This document shows, in pieces, positions 48,360 to 59,500 of a stretch of 64,000 bases of DNA. The stretch lies in the IMG/VR virus record IMGVR_UViG_3300020183_006727, one strand, 5' to 3'. This stretch comes from an uncultured virus (IMG/VR IMGVR_UViG_3300020183_006727) (taxonomy: Duplodnaviria; Heunggongvirae; Uroviricota; Caudoviricetes). A model generated the notes under the pieces. The model saw nothing but the letters and a program-made list of their open reading frames with translations. It searched no databases and was not told where the DNA came from. Every line of letters begins with the position of its first letter. Within the stretch, counting starts at the first letter, position 1. The position numbers and the translations under genes were made by a program.

Positions 48360-49084
48360 TGGGATACGCAACGAGAGATCTCTGCAAGCGTGTTTTTGCC
48401 CAGTCTTTTACGACCGCGACAGATCCAACGCTCACACAGAAAGGTAGTCTCATAAATTTTGGCAATAGCCTCAAGGGTAATGTGATAACTGATGAGATTC
48501 TTGATCAGCACATCGCGCTTGCTGACGAGTACATAAACTCTATTTTGAGCTCCATGTACAGCACTCCACTGAAAGAGATAAGTGATGTCGAATTTGAACT
48601 CGTGGTGGATATTGATCCATACAACACAGATATCGTCATCATGAGCCCCAATGCAAATGTATTCGTACCGGGTGATATAATTGTTCTGACAAACGGTTTT
48701 CTAAATGAGAGAAGGACAGTTGCTAATATTGCGAACGGTACAACCCTTATCGTTAATGACCCTTTCTTGGTTGATTTTGCGGCAGCAGAATCACGATTGC
48801 TGCGAGTAAAATTCCCCGACCCAGTCCCGGGAGCATCAGCGCGTCTTTGTGTTGCCAGCCTGTTTGACAGACATTTCTCTGCCATGAGCGGCACAGAGAA
48901 GAACGAGTATGGCAAGGGGTTGAGAAATCAGGCACGCGTCATGTTGATGAACATATTGAACGGAAGAACTATTCTTCATGGTCAGACCAGAATCTCAAGT
49001 AGATTTGCCAATCCTACGCTTTTGGGCAGATATTCACTACCCAATACTGATCAGGATTCGACTAGAGACATTCCAGATATGTGA
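48359..49084 (+). CDS. Head-tail connector (Mu gp36/DUF1320-like) with inserted beta domain
   Basis: MGYAT..L, ILDQHIALADEYINSILSSMYSTPL, FPDPV. Confidence 0.7.
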   Translation: MGYATRDLCKRVFAQSFTTATDPTLTQKGSLINFGNSLKGNVITDEILDQHIALADEYINSILSSMYSTPLKEISDVEFELVVDIDPYNTDIVIMSPNANVFVPGDIIVLTNGFLNERRTVANIANGTTLIVNDPFLVDFAAAESRLLRVKFPDPVPGASARLCVASLFDRHFSAMSGTEKNEYGKGLRNQARVMLMNILNGRTILHGQTRISSRFANPTLLGRYSLPNTDQDSTRDIPDM

Positions 49085-49086
49085 TC

Positions 49087-49344
49087 ATGGAAGCAATTGG
49101 AGACATTGTGAGCTCGGCTCTGGCGCAGATCAATGCCATAAAAGATGGGTCTGCCGAGTCTTCGAGCGCTCCATCTCGCATATATGCTGGAACCAGAATA
49201 TTCTCTTCAAGAGAAGAGGCAACTCAAGATGCTGCAGTAAGAAGTGCTTCGTCCGAAGATGCTGTCAAGATGGACAAGATAAATGCTATTGTGGAAGATA
49301 TGATTGATAGGGTTGTTGACAAAATAATGAAATATCCACTTTGA
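49087..49344 (+). CDS. Small hypothetical protein
   Basis: 85 aa, coupled to neighbours. Confidence 0.6.
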   Translation: MEAIGDIVSSALAQINAIKDGSAESSSAPSRIYAGTRIFSSREEATQDAAVRSASSEDAVKMDKINAIVEDMIDRVVDKIMKYPL

Positions 49345-50252
49345 TGTATAAGGTTCTCACTAGTCTTCGGCAAATCATACACAGATGGGTCAGTTCTGAA
49401 TCCCCAATAACTGAACCCATCGCTGTTGGTGACCGTGTTTTGACACTGAGAACCTCTAATCGCTTTAAAGTCGGAGATGATGTACTGATCACCGATGGTA
49501 CTGAATTTGAATATCCGCATGTTATTACGGAGGTTCCCGATGAGACGCATGTAGTTCTTCAAGAGGGGGTCAGGTTTTCTGATTGGAACGTTGGGAGTTG
49601 CAATTTGCGAAAGGCTGTCAAGGGGCAATTTGTTCAGGGCATATATCTTGGAGATCCAGACAACATCATAAAATATCCTGCAATAACAATAAATGGTAAG
49701 AGCAAGAATTCTGAGTGGATTGGCTTGGAGGTCAGCAACGAAACATACGAGGTTGACATCACTTGTTATGTTGCAGATGCAACACAGGAGGAGGGCTACG
49801 AGTATCTAATGCATCTTGCCAACATCGTAGAAACTGGTCTCAAGAAGAACCCTGTTGCAATTGCAGGCGATAAGGGATACGTGTCAGTCTTATCGAATAT
49901 CGAGCAGGGTGATGTTTTTGTGAGACTTTCAGATACAGACGGTATTACTGCGGGTCAGTTCATCTTGCTAGACAGTGTATTCATATCTGAAGATTGCCAT
50001 GTGGCTGAGGTTGTTGACGGTCAGGTGATCAGGTTATCTGAGCCAGCAAAAAACGAGTATCTCGTGGCAAATGATCCTAAAGTCATTCTCGTTGAACGAT
50101 TCTTGTACAAGTGCTGGCCAAAAAGCATAGATTATGGCTTCGTCCATAAGGGCACGTTGTTGAAGGCTGCCAGGATCAGTTGGAGTGCAACCGAAGCTCA
50201 GAATCACCACCCATATGGATTTGGTGATTCTTGGAGGCAACCGCCAGGATGA
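49344..50252 (+). CDS. Putative tail terminator/completion protein with two inserted beta domains
   Basis: IYLGDP...YPAITI...YEVDITCYV...LANIVE layout; position before tail tube. Confidence 0.6.
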   Translation: MYKVLTSLRQIIHRWVSSESPITEPIAVGDRVLTLRTSNRFKVGDDVLITDGTEFEYPHVITEVPDETHVVLQEGVRFSDWNVGSCNLRKAVKGQFVQGIYLGDPDNIIKYPAITINGKSKNSEWIGLEVSNETYEVDITCYVADATQEEGYEYLMHLANIVETGLKKNPVAIAGDKGYVSVLSNIEQGDVFVRLSDTDGITAGQFILLDSVFISEDCHVAEVVDGQVIRLSEPAKNEYLVANDPKVILVERFLYKCWPKSIDYGFVHKGTLLKAARISWSATEAQNHHPYGFGDSWRQPPG

Positions 50253-51334
50253 TTATTGCAGTCACAGGGTGCAGCCCCCACCTGTTGACCGCCAATTCAA
50301 GGATTGGCGATGTCATATGGCGACATATTCAAAAATCTTTTCCAGAACACATCGGAGTGTTTTTTGACCTTTCTACTGACTCAGGCATCCCAAGGTGCTT
50401 GCCACTGCCTAGGGGGGTTGCAGCCGCAGTTAATTTTGGCGTATTTTGTGAATCAGCGAAGCCAGATTTGGTTATCTCCTTTGGAGATGATGCAGATGCC
50501 GCCCATGTTGCTGCCTGTCGGGTTGTTGGTATACACGATTTTGGATGGCTGCACATCTTGAACGACTGCGAAAGATATGTTGATCGACCCTATGAGTCGT
50601 GTCTTTTGGCTGATGCCGTCATAGCTTGTAGTATGGTGGCAGCAAATCAGGCTGTTCGATCTGGTGTTAAAAATATTCAAGTTTCCACACCGTTTACTGC
50701 TCTGTTTTTGCAAAATGTTCAAGAAATCAAGAGGGGCAAGTATTTTTTTGCCCCCATGAGAAACTTTGAGTCTAACAATTTTTCATACCTTCTGTCGGAA
50801 TGGGAGAAGTCTGGTCTGTATGAAAGCGGATGGGAGCTCGTTATCGGGACAAACGGAGCCGACCCAGGCGACTTTGACCTAGGCAGAGGGGTGCTTCCAG
50901 CAGGCTCTAGGCAGGCTTGGGCGGCCTCCTCTGTGGAATATGGGGTTGACGACCTCCTGTACGCGCAGACGCTTGCCGGAGCTTGGGCGGCGGTTTTTCC
51001 TGTCCTCTGTCCGTCTTCTGCGGTTTCTGTTGTTGAGGCTGTAAGGTTCGGGGTTGACTCAGTGGTGACCGACTGCCCTATTTTCCGAGCCATTGGATGT
51101 AGTCATCTCCTGCCATCTACCCCGTTTATGTCTGCATCAGGCAAACTGCTTCACATACCTGTCCCAGGGGCCCTTGCAGAGACTCTAGTGACCCTGTCGT
51201 CCCTATCAGAACCTTCGCGACCTTGTGATTTGAATGACACTCCTAGCCACCTAGATATTTTTATTAAATTGATGCCACTAATCTCGAGAAGGGAAGCAAG
51301 GAAACTTGATGTAGAAAGTGTAACACCATTATGA
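50249..51334 (+). CDS. Degenerate GT-B (GT4-like) glycosyltransferase
   Basis: KPDLVISFGD, ADAVIACS, AVFP...SVVEAVRFGVDSVVTDCP; first Glu of E-x7-E missing. Confidence 0.6.
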   Translation: MIIAVTGCSPHLLTANSRIGDVIWRHIQKSFPEHIGVFFDLSTDSGIPRCLPLPRGVAAAVNFGVFCESAKPDLVISFGDDADAAHVAACRVVGIHDFGWLHILNDCERYVDRPYESCLLADAVIACSMVAANQAVRSGVKNIQVSTPFTALFLQNVQEIKRGKYFFAPMRNFESNNFSYLLSEWEKSGLYESGWELVIGTNGADPGDFDLGRGVLPAGSRQAWAASSVEYGVDDLLYAQTLAGAWAAVFPVLCPSSAVSVVEAVRFGVDSVVTDCPIFRAIGCSHLLPSTPFMSASGKLLHIPVPGALAETLVTLSSLSEPSRPCDLNDTPSHLDIFIKLMPLISRREARKLDVESVTPL

Positions 51335-51350
51335 ACTATCGGAGGAGCAA

Positions 51351-51716
51351 ATGGCAGTAATTTCAGCAGCAGAATACAAGAATCTTTCGGACTATATTGC
51401 ACAGTGTAAGGCAACCTTGTTGCTGGCCAAGGATTCCGTGTATAGCGCTGTGTACGAGATTGCGCTGTTTGACTCGGTCCAGCCGTCAATTGACCTGTTG
51501 TCTCCTTTCTTTAACAGCTATGAAGCAGTCACCGCTAGCACGCAGTCAACCTCGACGCTTAATTCTGCCGTGGCAGCCCTAAACAATCATGTGTTGCGCA
51601 GGACAAATGCCTCTCTTGACAGTTTCTTGGACGCAGGAGACATTCAGGTTGACCCAGTTTTTGCGCAGATGAGCGCCAATTTAGGCTTCACCATCAGTGC
51701 AGAAAATATTGAGTGA
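51351..51716 (+). CDS. Hypothetical protein, probably structural
   Basis: GGAGGAG RBS, 121 aa. Confidence 0.8.
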   Translation: MAVISAAEYKNLSDYIAQCKATLLLAKDSVYSAVYEIALFDSVQPSIDLLSPFFNSYEAVTASTQSTSTLNSAVAALNNHVLRRTNASLDSFLDAGDIQVDPVFAQMSANLGFTISAENIE

Positions 51717-51763
51717 ACATGATGAATTTGTTCTCGCGATTATCGACGAGATGAGGTAAAATA

Positions 51764-52765
51764 ATGCCATCATTTGAGAATCCGATTGATAACCAAAACC
51801 TTCCCGTTCGTGCTGGATTCCCTGGCGTGGTGGCCATCAACGGGGCAATCCTGCGTGCAACGAGTTGCAGCATCAAGGGCGAACAGTCAATTGAGCCAGT
51901 TGAGGACATCGACGGCAGTATTGACATGACCAGATACAAGATGGGTAATTTCAAGGCGTCAGGGGATGTGAAATTTACCCTTGACAAGGCCGAAAATGGT
52001 GGAAACCTTGACACCTTCGCGCAGTTGTGGCGTGCTGCAGGCAGGAGAACTGCAGACGGCAAATTTGCAGAAACAGTTGATGTAGTGGTGCACTACCACA
52101 GTGGTTTTACATTTGTATACGACGACATGGTCGTTGACAAAATAAGTTTGTCAATAGCTGCGAATGGCACCCTAGATTGCACTGCTTCATTTCGAGGCAG
52201 GGGTCGTCGACCGGCCACAGCTGCAGACAACCTTCCGAATCTGGATACTGCATCTGCAGAATCTCCTCTTCGTGTTATCACTTATAACGATGTTACTATA
52301 GGGGTGGAGGGTGTTAATGGGAACATCGACCCCAAAGAGTTTAATTTGATTGAGCAACTTGATGTCAGCATTGACAACAATTCAGAAGAGGTGTATGTCA
52401 TTGCTGGACAGTTGGCTCCATACGACATTTTGCCCAAGAAGCGAAGGGTCTCTGGTTCCGTAAGATTTTTTGGTCGCCCACAAACCTTGGCAGATCAGGC
52501 AAAAAATCGCGAAGATGATCCTGGCCAAAACATCCCGCATGTCAATATTTTGTTGAATGCAAAAATTGGGGCAACACCAAAAACGCTCGTGAAGTTCTTC
52601 GGCTGTATCTTCCAGTTGGACAGTACAGAACTTACCAACGGTATTATCAAGACGCCTATGAATTTTGTTTCTCTAGGTACCGATGCCGGTAGGTATCTTG
52701 CAATATCTGATTATGGTGGTGGGGGGTGGAGTTCTGCAGACCAGCCACACCCATTCCCTCTCTGA
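51764..52765 (+). CDS. Tail tube protein
   Basis: ASGDVKF, VDKISLSI..GTL.CTASF, LDVSIDNN, RRVSGSV; precedes chaperones and tape measure. Confidence 0.75.
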   Translation: MPSFENPIDNQNLPVRAGFPGVVAINGAILRATSCSIKGEQSIEPVEDIDGSIDMTRYKMGNFKASGDVKFTLDKAENGGNLDTFAQLWRAAGRRTADGKFAETVDVVVHYHSGFTFVYDDMVVDKISLSIAANGTLDCTASFRGRGRRPATAADNLPNLDTASAESPLRVITYNDVTIGVEGVNGNIDPKEFNLIEQLDVSIDNNSEEVYVIAGQLAPYDILPKKRRVSGSVRFFGRPQTLADQAKNREDDPGQNIPHVNILLNAKIGATPKTLVKFFGCIFQLDSTELTNGIIKTPMNFVSLGTDAGRYLAISDYGGGGWSSADQPHPFPL

Positions 52766-52785
52766 TCATCCGATAAAATGGGGTC

Positions 52786-53202
52786 ATGACAGGACCATTT
52801 GGCGTAGAGTTCGCAACATGTACCGGTTTTGTCCGCAGTGAAAAGAGGGGCAGGAGGTGGTCTCTTGTCGGTTCATGGCAAGGACAAGAGCCAGGAGCTC
52901 ATGTCCATATGCATGTTTCTTGCAAATGGAAAACTGTGACTTGGGGTCAGCGCGCTCAGGTTGTCTCTGGCGCCAGGCGCTTCGACCCAATACAGGGAGA
53001 CTATGTCATTGACCCCATGGTCTACAGGTCGCTTATGGCACAGACCGGCTTGGTTTCTGGCTCTTGGCACGAAGGAGAAAAATCTGGGTCATTTGACAGT
53101 GGCGACATTGCAAAGATGGATTCTGATGTTTTTGATGCCCTGCTGTCAGCATATGAAAAATTCATGTTTACAGATGAGGACCCCGACCCGGGAAAACCAT
53201 AG
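52786..53202 (+). CDS. Tail assembly chaperone (gpG-like)
   Basis: 138 aa after tube gene, ends in G_GGA_AAA slippery site. Confidence 0.75.
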   Translation: MTGPFGVEFATCTGFVRSEKRGRRWSLVGSWQGQEPGAHVHMHVSCKWKTVTWGQRAQVVSGARRFDPIQGDYVIDPMVYRSLMAQTGLVSGSWHEGEKSGSFDSGDIAKMDSDVFDALLSAYEKFMFTDEDPDPGKP

Positions 53203-53423
53203 AGGCGGTCGGTCACCTGTGGCGGGACGAGGACATCCCGCTCGTGACTGATCGCCTGAGAGAATACATAATGGCACACCACTATGGATGGACAATAGAA
53301 GATATCAGAAATCTGAGGGTGTCAGATTTTTACGCCTTTTCCAACATGGCGATGTTGGGGGCAAGATTGAAAAATGCCGATATAGTAAAGGTGTTCAGCA
53401 TGATGATGGGAGCAAGGATCTGA
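52786..53423 (+). CDS. Tail assembly chaperone -1 frameshift product (gpGT-like)
   Basis: GGGAAAA at 53190-53196; -1 frame open to TGA 53423 with YIMAHHYGWTIEDIRNL; next ATG at 53425. Confidence 0.85.
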
Positions 53424-53424
53424 C

Positions 53425-53805
53425 ATGTCAATATTCATCTCAAAGTCGGACGAATTCAAGATTGATTTCTGGGTTGGTTTTCAGGCAGGTAAGGTAGTCT
53501 TCTTCAAAACCAAGGAAGAGGCATCCACAGCCTTGGGCGAAGGTAATTTTCAGCAGCATCACATCATGTGTCGACCAATTTCATACGCCACTTCTCTGAA
53601 GATTCAGGAGTCCTCGATGAGGAACGACGGATCAAGACTTGTTTTTGACCCCATCACATTCCGATCAGCCAGGTTCAAAAATATGATGATAGGCTGGTCA
53701 TTCACAGACTCAGAGAGCAAAGCAATACCCTGCAACGAGGAAAAGATAGGCAGCCTTTCCGAAGACGCTGCTATGTTCCTCATCTCTCTCGTCTCGGAGA
53801 GGTGA
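53425..53805 (+). CDS. Second tail-chaperone-like protein
   Basis: IGWSFTD...IPCNEEKIGSL resembles chaperone motifs; directly before tape measure. Confidence 0.6.
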   Translation: MSIFISKSDEFKIDFWVGFQAGKVVFFKTKEEASTALGEGNFQQHHIMCRPISYATSLKIQESSMRNDGSRLVFDPITFRSARFKNMMIGWSFTDSESKAIPCNEEKIGSLSEDAAMFLISLVSER

Positions 53806-53848
53806 GTCTGCCTTGTGCTAGAAAATAGACAGAGAGGCGGACTCTGTC

Positions 53849-56581
53849 TTGGCTGATATTGTAGACAAAATCACAGGCTTAACTGGCTCTCTAGCCAATA
53901 TGGGCGTGGCAGTTAATAATGCCATTGAGAGCATGGGAGGCCTTGGGCTTTCCATGTCAAATTTACTAGAGTTCGGGAACAAGATAAATGTTAGCCTTGT
54001 GGCTGCTGAGCGCAGTCTTTCCTTATATGGCAAGACTGCCGACGGAATTGCAGCGAGTACTGCCAATCTTTCTCGTCAATTCTCTCTTCCATACGAAGAT
54101 ATGTTGACATTGCAGCAGGATCTTGCCATGAAGATGCCTCTGGCAATCACTGGACAGGAAAAGATGGCTGCTGTGGTGCAGTTTGCTGGTGATCGTTTTG
54201 GCATGACTTCAGAGGCCATAAAGGGGTATGTTGGCAGGCTCGAAGGGTTGAGCCAGAAGGCTTACGCAGCATATGAAGATCAGTTGTTGTTGGTTGATGC
54301 CGCTGAAAAGTTGAGGGCTGCTCAACTTGCTGGTTCTGCCGATGTTGGTAAATTGAGTGATTCGCTCACGAGGCAATCTCAAGTCACAAAGGCAAATGCC
54401 GAAATGATGTATGCGATGGGAAAGATCAGCAGAGATGAGCTTGCCACCATAATGAGAACCACTGATGTATTGAACGAGCAGTCCAAGGGGCGTATTGCTC
54501 TTGCTCAAACTGCAACAGCCGCCAGCAATGTTCTTGCTAATGAAAGCAAGATCATGTATTCCATGATAGGAAACCTCCCAGAGGTTCAAGAACTAGTAAA
54601 GGGTCTCACCGTGGCCCCCGCTGCGGCCACTGCTGAGATGATGAAAAAGATGACAGATCGTAAGTATGAGAATGTTGGAGACCTGGGTGCCGACACGGAA
54701 GATGCAACCACATTCAGAAAGGAATTGAGCTCAGATACGATTGCCTCTTTTGAACAATTATTTGCCAAGGGTATGAATCTCGAACAGGCGAAGGCCGAAA
54801 TGATGAAGGCTGCATCGGAAGGCGGGGCAGAGGCTGAGGCTATTTTGGAATTTATGCTTCAGCAAACAGAGGTTGCTGATGCACTCAAGAACATGGAAAG
54901 TGGCAGGGTAAAGTCGAAACAAGCTCAAGAAAAAATGGAGAACGCCATCGCCAAAGCGATGGAAGATGGTAATACAGCCAATTTGGCTGGTAAGGTTATT
55001 GATTCGTTGCGACTTCAGACTATGGACCGCCTGAGGGTTGCACAGACCCAACTTACGGAGCAGGCAAAAGTGCATGGCAGTGTTGTTGCTGCAATAAATG
55101 AAGCATACACTTTGCAGGCAGAGATGCTCGGAAAAATTGCTGGAACAGGTGCAGACATAGGAGATCAGTCCGCCAATGATTCTGCGTTTGTTGCGCAGAT
55201 GAAAGAAAGCATGGATAGGGAGTTGAAGAGCAAGCAGGCGATCTTGGAAATAGAAACAACAAGATTTGAATTGATACAGAGGGGGGTGCAAGCATCGAAA
55301 AATATAAATCCTGCAGAGCGAGAAAAAGCCGCACAAGAACTTTTGTCCGGATATGAGGCACAGGCCGCCGAAGCCAAAAAGCTGATTGATGCTGAAAATG
55401 ATGAAGATAAGAGAGCCGAATTGCAGAAGCAGCTAGATGCTGCCAAAAAGGATGCGCAGGCGACTGCAGATGCCATCAGGGATGGTAATTATGATCAGGT
55501 TGAGAAAATGACTGAGGAGGCGCGTGAAAAACAAATAAGCGCATCTAATGATGTCACTAAAACTATGACGGGCAACAACACGAAGATTTTGGAGGCTAGC
55601 ATTGCTAGGTTCAAGGCTGAATCTGACATGAGGCAGTCAGAAATTTCTCAGATTGAGGCTCAACTATCCATGATAGACAGTGTGGCGAGTGGAATTGGGG
55701 CCAGTGCTGAGATGCGTGCCGCTGCCGTTCAGAAGATGGGCGAGCAGGTCTCAACTATTGAAAATGAAATGGCAGAACTCACTCGGCGGCAGCAAGATTT
55801 TGTCAACAAAGCCGCAGAGGCTGAGCAGAGGCTTGCCGAGGCTCAAGCCAAGGGCGATCAGACAAAAATAGAACAGGCAGATAAAGCAATCACGGCAAAC
55901 AAGGCAGCAGCTGCTGATGCTGAAAAGAAACTTAACGAAGCTGACACCAAGCGTCTCGGTCTGATCCAGCAGCAACTTCAAATGACCAAGCAGATCAGGG
56001 AGGGTTATCTAGATGCCCTGAGCTCCATGATGGAAGGAGCTGGAGTATTTGCGGAAATTGTTGTTGACCAAGAGAAAAACCTAGGAACTCTTCTCAGGAC
56101 TGCAAAAGACATGCCCACCAGTCTGCGAACAGGCGCAGCCGACGGACGAGGGGCAGGGATATCCACTTTTGGCGCAGGCGGCTTACAGGCTGGTGAATGG
56201 TCTCAGGAGATGGCTAGTTACACCAACGAGTTGGTTAGCAGTCAAATACCTGAAATTACTGATTATCTCAAACAGATAGCTGGCAGGGCAACTGGCGATG
56301 TTGCAAGCCTAAATGCAGACAGATTGGGAGCCGCCATGGATCAGGCTGCAGCAGCCGGGGGTGCTGCTGGGTCTGTGGGAGGCGCGCCTCCTGCGGCAAC
56401 TCCTGCTGCTGCAGCAACATCGTCTGTGGCTGGTACGTCTGCATCGACTGGCCAACTTCGTCTTGATGATAGTGTTGTTGCTAGCATATCTAGCCAAGTT
56501 GCCGCCATGGCCAAGGAACAGATCGTTCCAGCCATAATTGACGGATTTGCCACGGCCATGAAGGCTGCGGTGAATGCATGA
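53849..56581 (+). CDS. Tail tape measure protein
   Basis: 910 aa Ala/Gln/Glu/Met-rich helical protein after the chaperones. Confidence 0.8.
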   Translation: MADIVDKITGLTGSLANMGVAVNNAIESMGGLGLSMSNLLEFGNKINVSLVAAERSLSLYGKTADGIAASTANLSRQFSLPYEDMLTLQQDLAMKMPLAITGQEKMAAVVQFAGDRFGMTSEAIKGYVGRLEGLSQKAYAAYEDQLLLVDAAEKLRAAQLAGSADVGKLSDSLTRQSQVTKANAEMMYAMGKISRDELATIMRTTDVLNEQSKGRIALAQTATAASNVLANESKIMYSMIGNLPEVQELVKGLTVAPAAATAEMMKKMTDRKYENVGDLGADTEDATTFRKELSSDTIASFEQLFAKGMNLEQAKAEMMKAASEGGAEAEAILEFMLQQTEVADALKNMESGRVKSKQAQEKMENAIAKAMEDGNTANLAGKVIDSLRLQTMDRLRVAQTQLTEQAKVHGSVVAAINEAYTLQAEMLGKIAGTGADIGDQSANDSAFVAQMKESMDRELKSKQAILEIETTRFELIQRGVQASKNINPAEREKAAQELLSGYEAQAAEAKKLIDAENDEDKRAELQKQLDAAKKDAQATADAIRDGNYDQVEKMTEEAREKQISASNDVTKTMTGNNTKILEASIARFKAESDMRQSEISQIEAQLSMIDSVASGIGASAEMRAAAVQKMGEQVSTIENEMAELTRRQQDFVNKAAEAEQRLAEAQAKGDQTKIEQADKAITANKAAAADAEKKLNEADTKRLGLIQQQLQMTKQIREGYLDALSSMMEGAGVFAEIVVDQEKNLGTLLRTAKDMPTSLRTGAADGRGAGISTFGAGGLQAGEWSQEMASYTNELVSSQIPEITDYLKQIAGRATGDVASLNADRLGAAMDQAAAAGGAAGSVGGAPPAATPAAAATSSVAGTSASTGQLRLDDSVVASISSQVAAMAKEQIVPAIIDGFATAMKAAVNA

Positions 56582-59500
56582 GTGCTATAGGCTTGGGCGG
56601 CTTGCCGTCTGGCATACTCGCTCTTGACCACTCTCAAGTTTTGGCCAAGGGTAGCATACCCACGGTGGGCACGCCTCCGCCAAAGCCTTCAGAAATACCT
56701 TCATTTGCTCCATCTATAGGAATGTCTGCAGTTGCATCTACCAAGGTTGTTTCGGCATCCGGATCAGAGCGTACATTCGATGGTTTTAAAATCGAATTGC
56801 AGACGAGTGTAGAAGATCTTACGGATAGCATGATCAATCAGGGCATAGATTCTCGTGTAATCAAAATGTACTTTGAATATGGATGGTATTACTACAGGAA
56901 CGGAGTTCCAGATCTTCTTCAGGGCACTTTGCGTAGAGTTGGTCTTTCAGTCAGAATCATGAAAGAAGATCCAACTGAAGCAGAGGCTGGCTCACAATTT
57001 TCAACAAGCAAAGCAGTCAAAAGAGGTCAGACTGTGGTTTTTTATGTTGTTCCATCATATGGTGGCCCGTCTGATGATTTGACGATTAGTTCTCTATTTG
57101 GCCCTGTATTTGATGTACCATATTTTGTTGGTGCTCGTATCAGAATGTTGCCATCTGATACCATACAGATACAGATACAGTCTATAATAAATCTTCAGTT
57201 GCAGGCTGCGGATCTTTTAGAACCACTCGCTTCACTTGGTGTCGGTGTTCAGAGCGCTCTTAATGCGCTCGGACTGGCAGCCGGCATAAGCCATGTCAAC
57301 CTTAAAATGTTCTCCTACAAATACGGGTATTTTATACATAATGGTGGAACCCAAGTAAACAGGCAAATTGGAATTAACAGTATTTTTGATTTTGCTCCAT
57401 CTGGAAGTGAAATCTCACATGGCGTGATGATACGCAGGGGTCAAGAAGAATTTTCAGACGGAGTGGCAAATTGGCCTATGTTTGCAAGTGGGCAAGGAAA
57501 AGCGCTCATTATCAAGATACCAGATGGGTACGCCTCTGTCTTGTGTGTGACATGGAAGCCAGTCAACTTCGGAGCTTCAATTCAATATATTGGCAAGGGG
57601 TTGGTTGAAGGCGCTAATTCTGAAGACCCTAGGAATGGAGTGCCGGCTTCAGTCGTGGAGGAAGCCATGCCTCTGAATTTTGCATACATATCTGGTGTTA
57701 AATTGAAAAAATATATCATGGCTGGTGGCAAAGCCATGAGCAGCGTGCAATTGACAAGCACAGAAACATCAGGTGGAGGTCTCGATGCTGGCCACACGCC
57801 TCTTTTTGCAGTGAATGAGGATGTAGACCCAACCAAGCGCTATCTTGTTGTGTTTTTTCCTGCAATAACAGCGTCGATGGGTTCGAACGCAGGCGGCGGG
57901 TCAGGTGCGCCAGATGGCACTGAAACAAATTTCATATCAACTGATAAGTACTACAATTCAGTATATATCACATATCAAGCTGCGGAAAAGGTTCTTGCAA
58001 GGAGGGTTCACCTAGACCGAGGCGTGGTACAGCAAAGTACTTCTATAATGGGAGGTTTTGGTCTCACGTTATTCCCTCCCAAAAGTGGAGTGTATCATTT
58101 TGCTCCATGTAGAACTATTGTTCGCGAGGTGGACGCTTTTGGGGAGTTGTGTACATGGAGATCTTTAGCATCGGCATCAGGAACGGATATTACTTACAGA
58201 TATGAGGGTAAGCTACCCTCCTTGTCGTCTGTTGGAACTGAAGGAAAATCTTTTTCTTATCTTGGTTATCTTAAGTGTGTTGAACTAGGCTCAAGTTCAT
58301 ATGACTCTTATCTTGCATCAGATGAAAACTTTGATGATATTTGCACCAGGGTAAGACAATCGATAAATATTGACACTGGTCGTCCTGGTTTTGGTAACCC
58401 ACTTGATCCTCCTGGTGGTTCAACTGATTCGGCGGACTTTGTGGAGCCCATCGTGGGATCTCCAATAAGCGTTGAATGGCCACGTATATCAAGAATACTG
58501 ACAAGGTTGCCGACATTCAGAAAATTTGACTTCCCAAGAGGTTTCTTCTTTGGAGACAGATTGGGAATACATTTCATGTCTCCACTAAACGAGCCAACGC
58601 TTCTGTTCTATCCCTCCTCTCTGAACTCTGATTGGTTCAGCGCCAATCTCTCAGGCATTCCTCCATTATCTATTGATGAGATGGCAGAAGGAAATATGTA
58701 TTTTGACATATCGGAAGCCTGCAACAGTTGCCTTCCAGACGACCTCAAGATCCCGTATCACAAAAATCTTGCACTGGCAATACAGAAGGCAACGAAATAC
58801 GAATCTGATGGCATAAGCGCTGGGATTGGTATACCAAGGCTTGATTTTTTTGAGCCATACTCCAGCACTCAGATAAGAGTTGGAAGCATTCCGACATATG
58901 GAGATGTTGGTTTTCCAGATTTGTCGCTGGCAGAATTTGACACTCGGACGACCATGACAATACCCACAGTGTCCTATGGTGCATCTGCTGTCGATCCAAC
59001 GACTGGTGAAGCATCAATAAATTCTCTCAGAACGGCTGGACGTTTGACCAATATAAATCTATCTAGAACTGGCAGGATTAGTATAGAAAACATGGGTCCA
59101 GAAGAACAACTTGGTAATGTTTATGTTTTGACAGAGGGGACTTTTGAGGGTATGCGTTCTGCGATGGATTGGCAGAACAGGAGAGGTATTTTGACGGTGA
59201 GGGACGACCAGAACTTTGCGCTCATGCCGATTGACTCCATGCAAACTCAAAGGGTTGCTTCGGCATGTTCGTTTATCAATGATCGTATTGATGATGACTC
59301 TCTCAAGTGGCGAGAAAAAAAATTCACCAACCTTGCCAATCCGATAGGTTCGAAAGCCGCTTTTGGCCCTCCTTTTGACATAGTACCAGCTGTTTATCCT
59401 GGTTTCAAGGCAGTTGTCAATCAAACTGATGCATTCCGTGAGCAGCCGAGCAACATCCCAAAGTTTGTTGAAGATGATTATCCCATATCATTTTCAGTCA

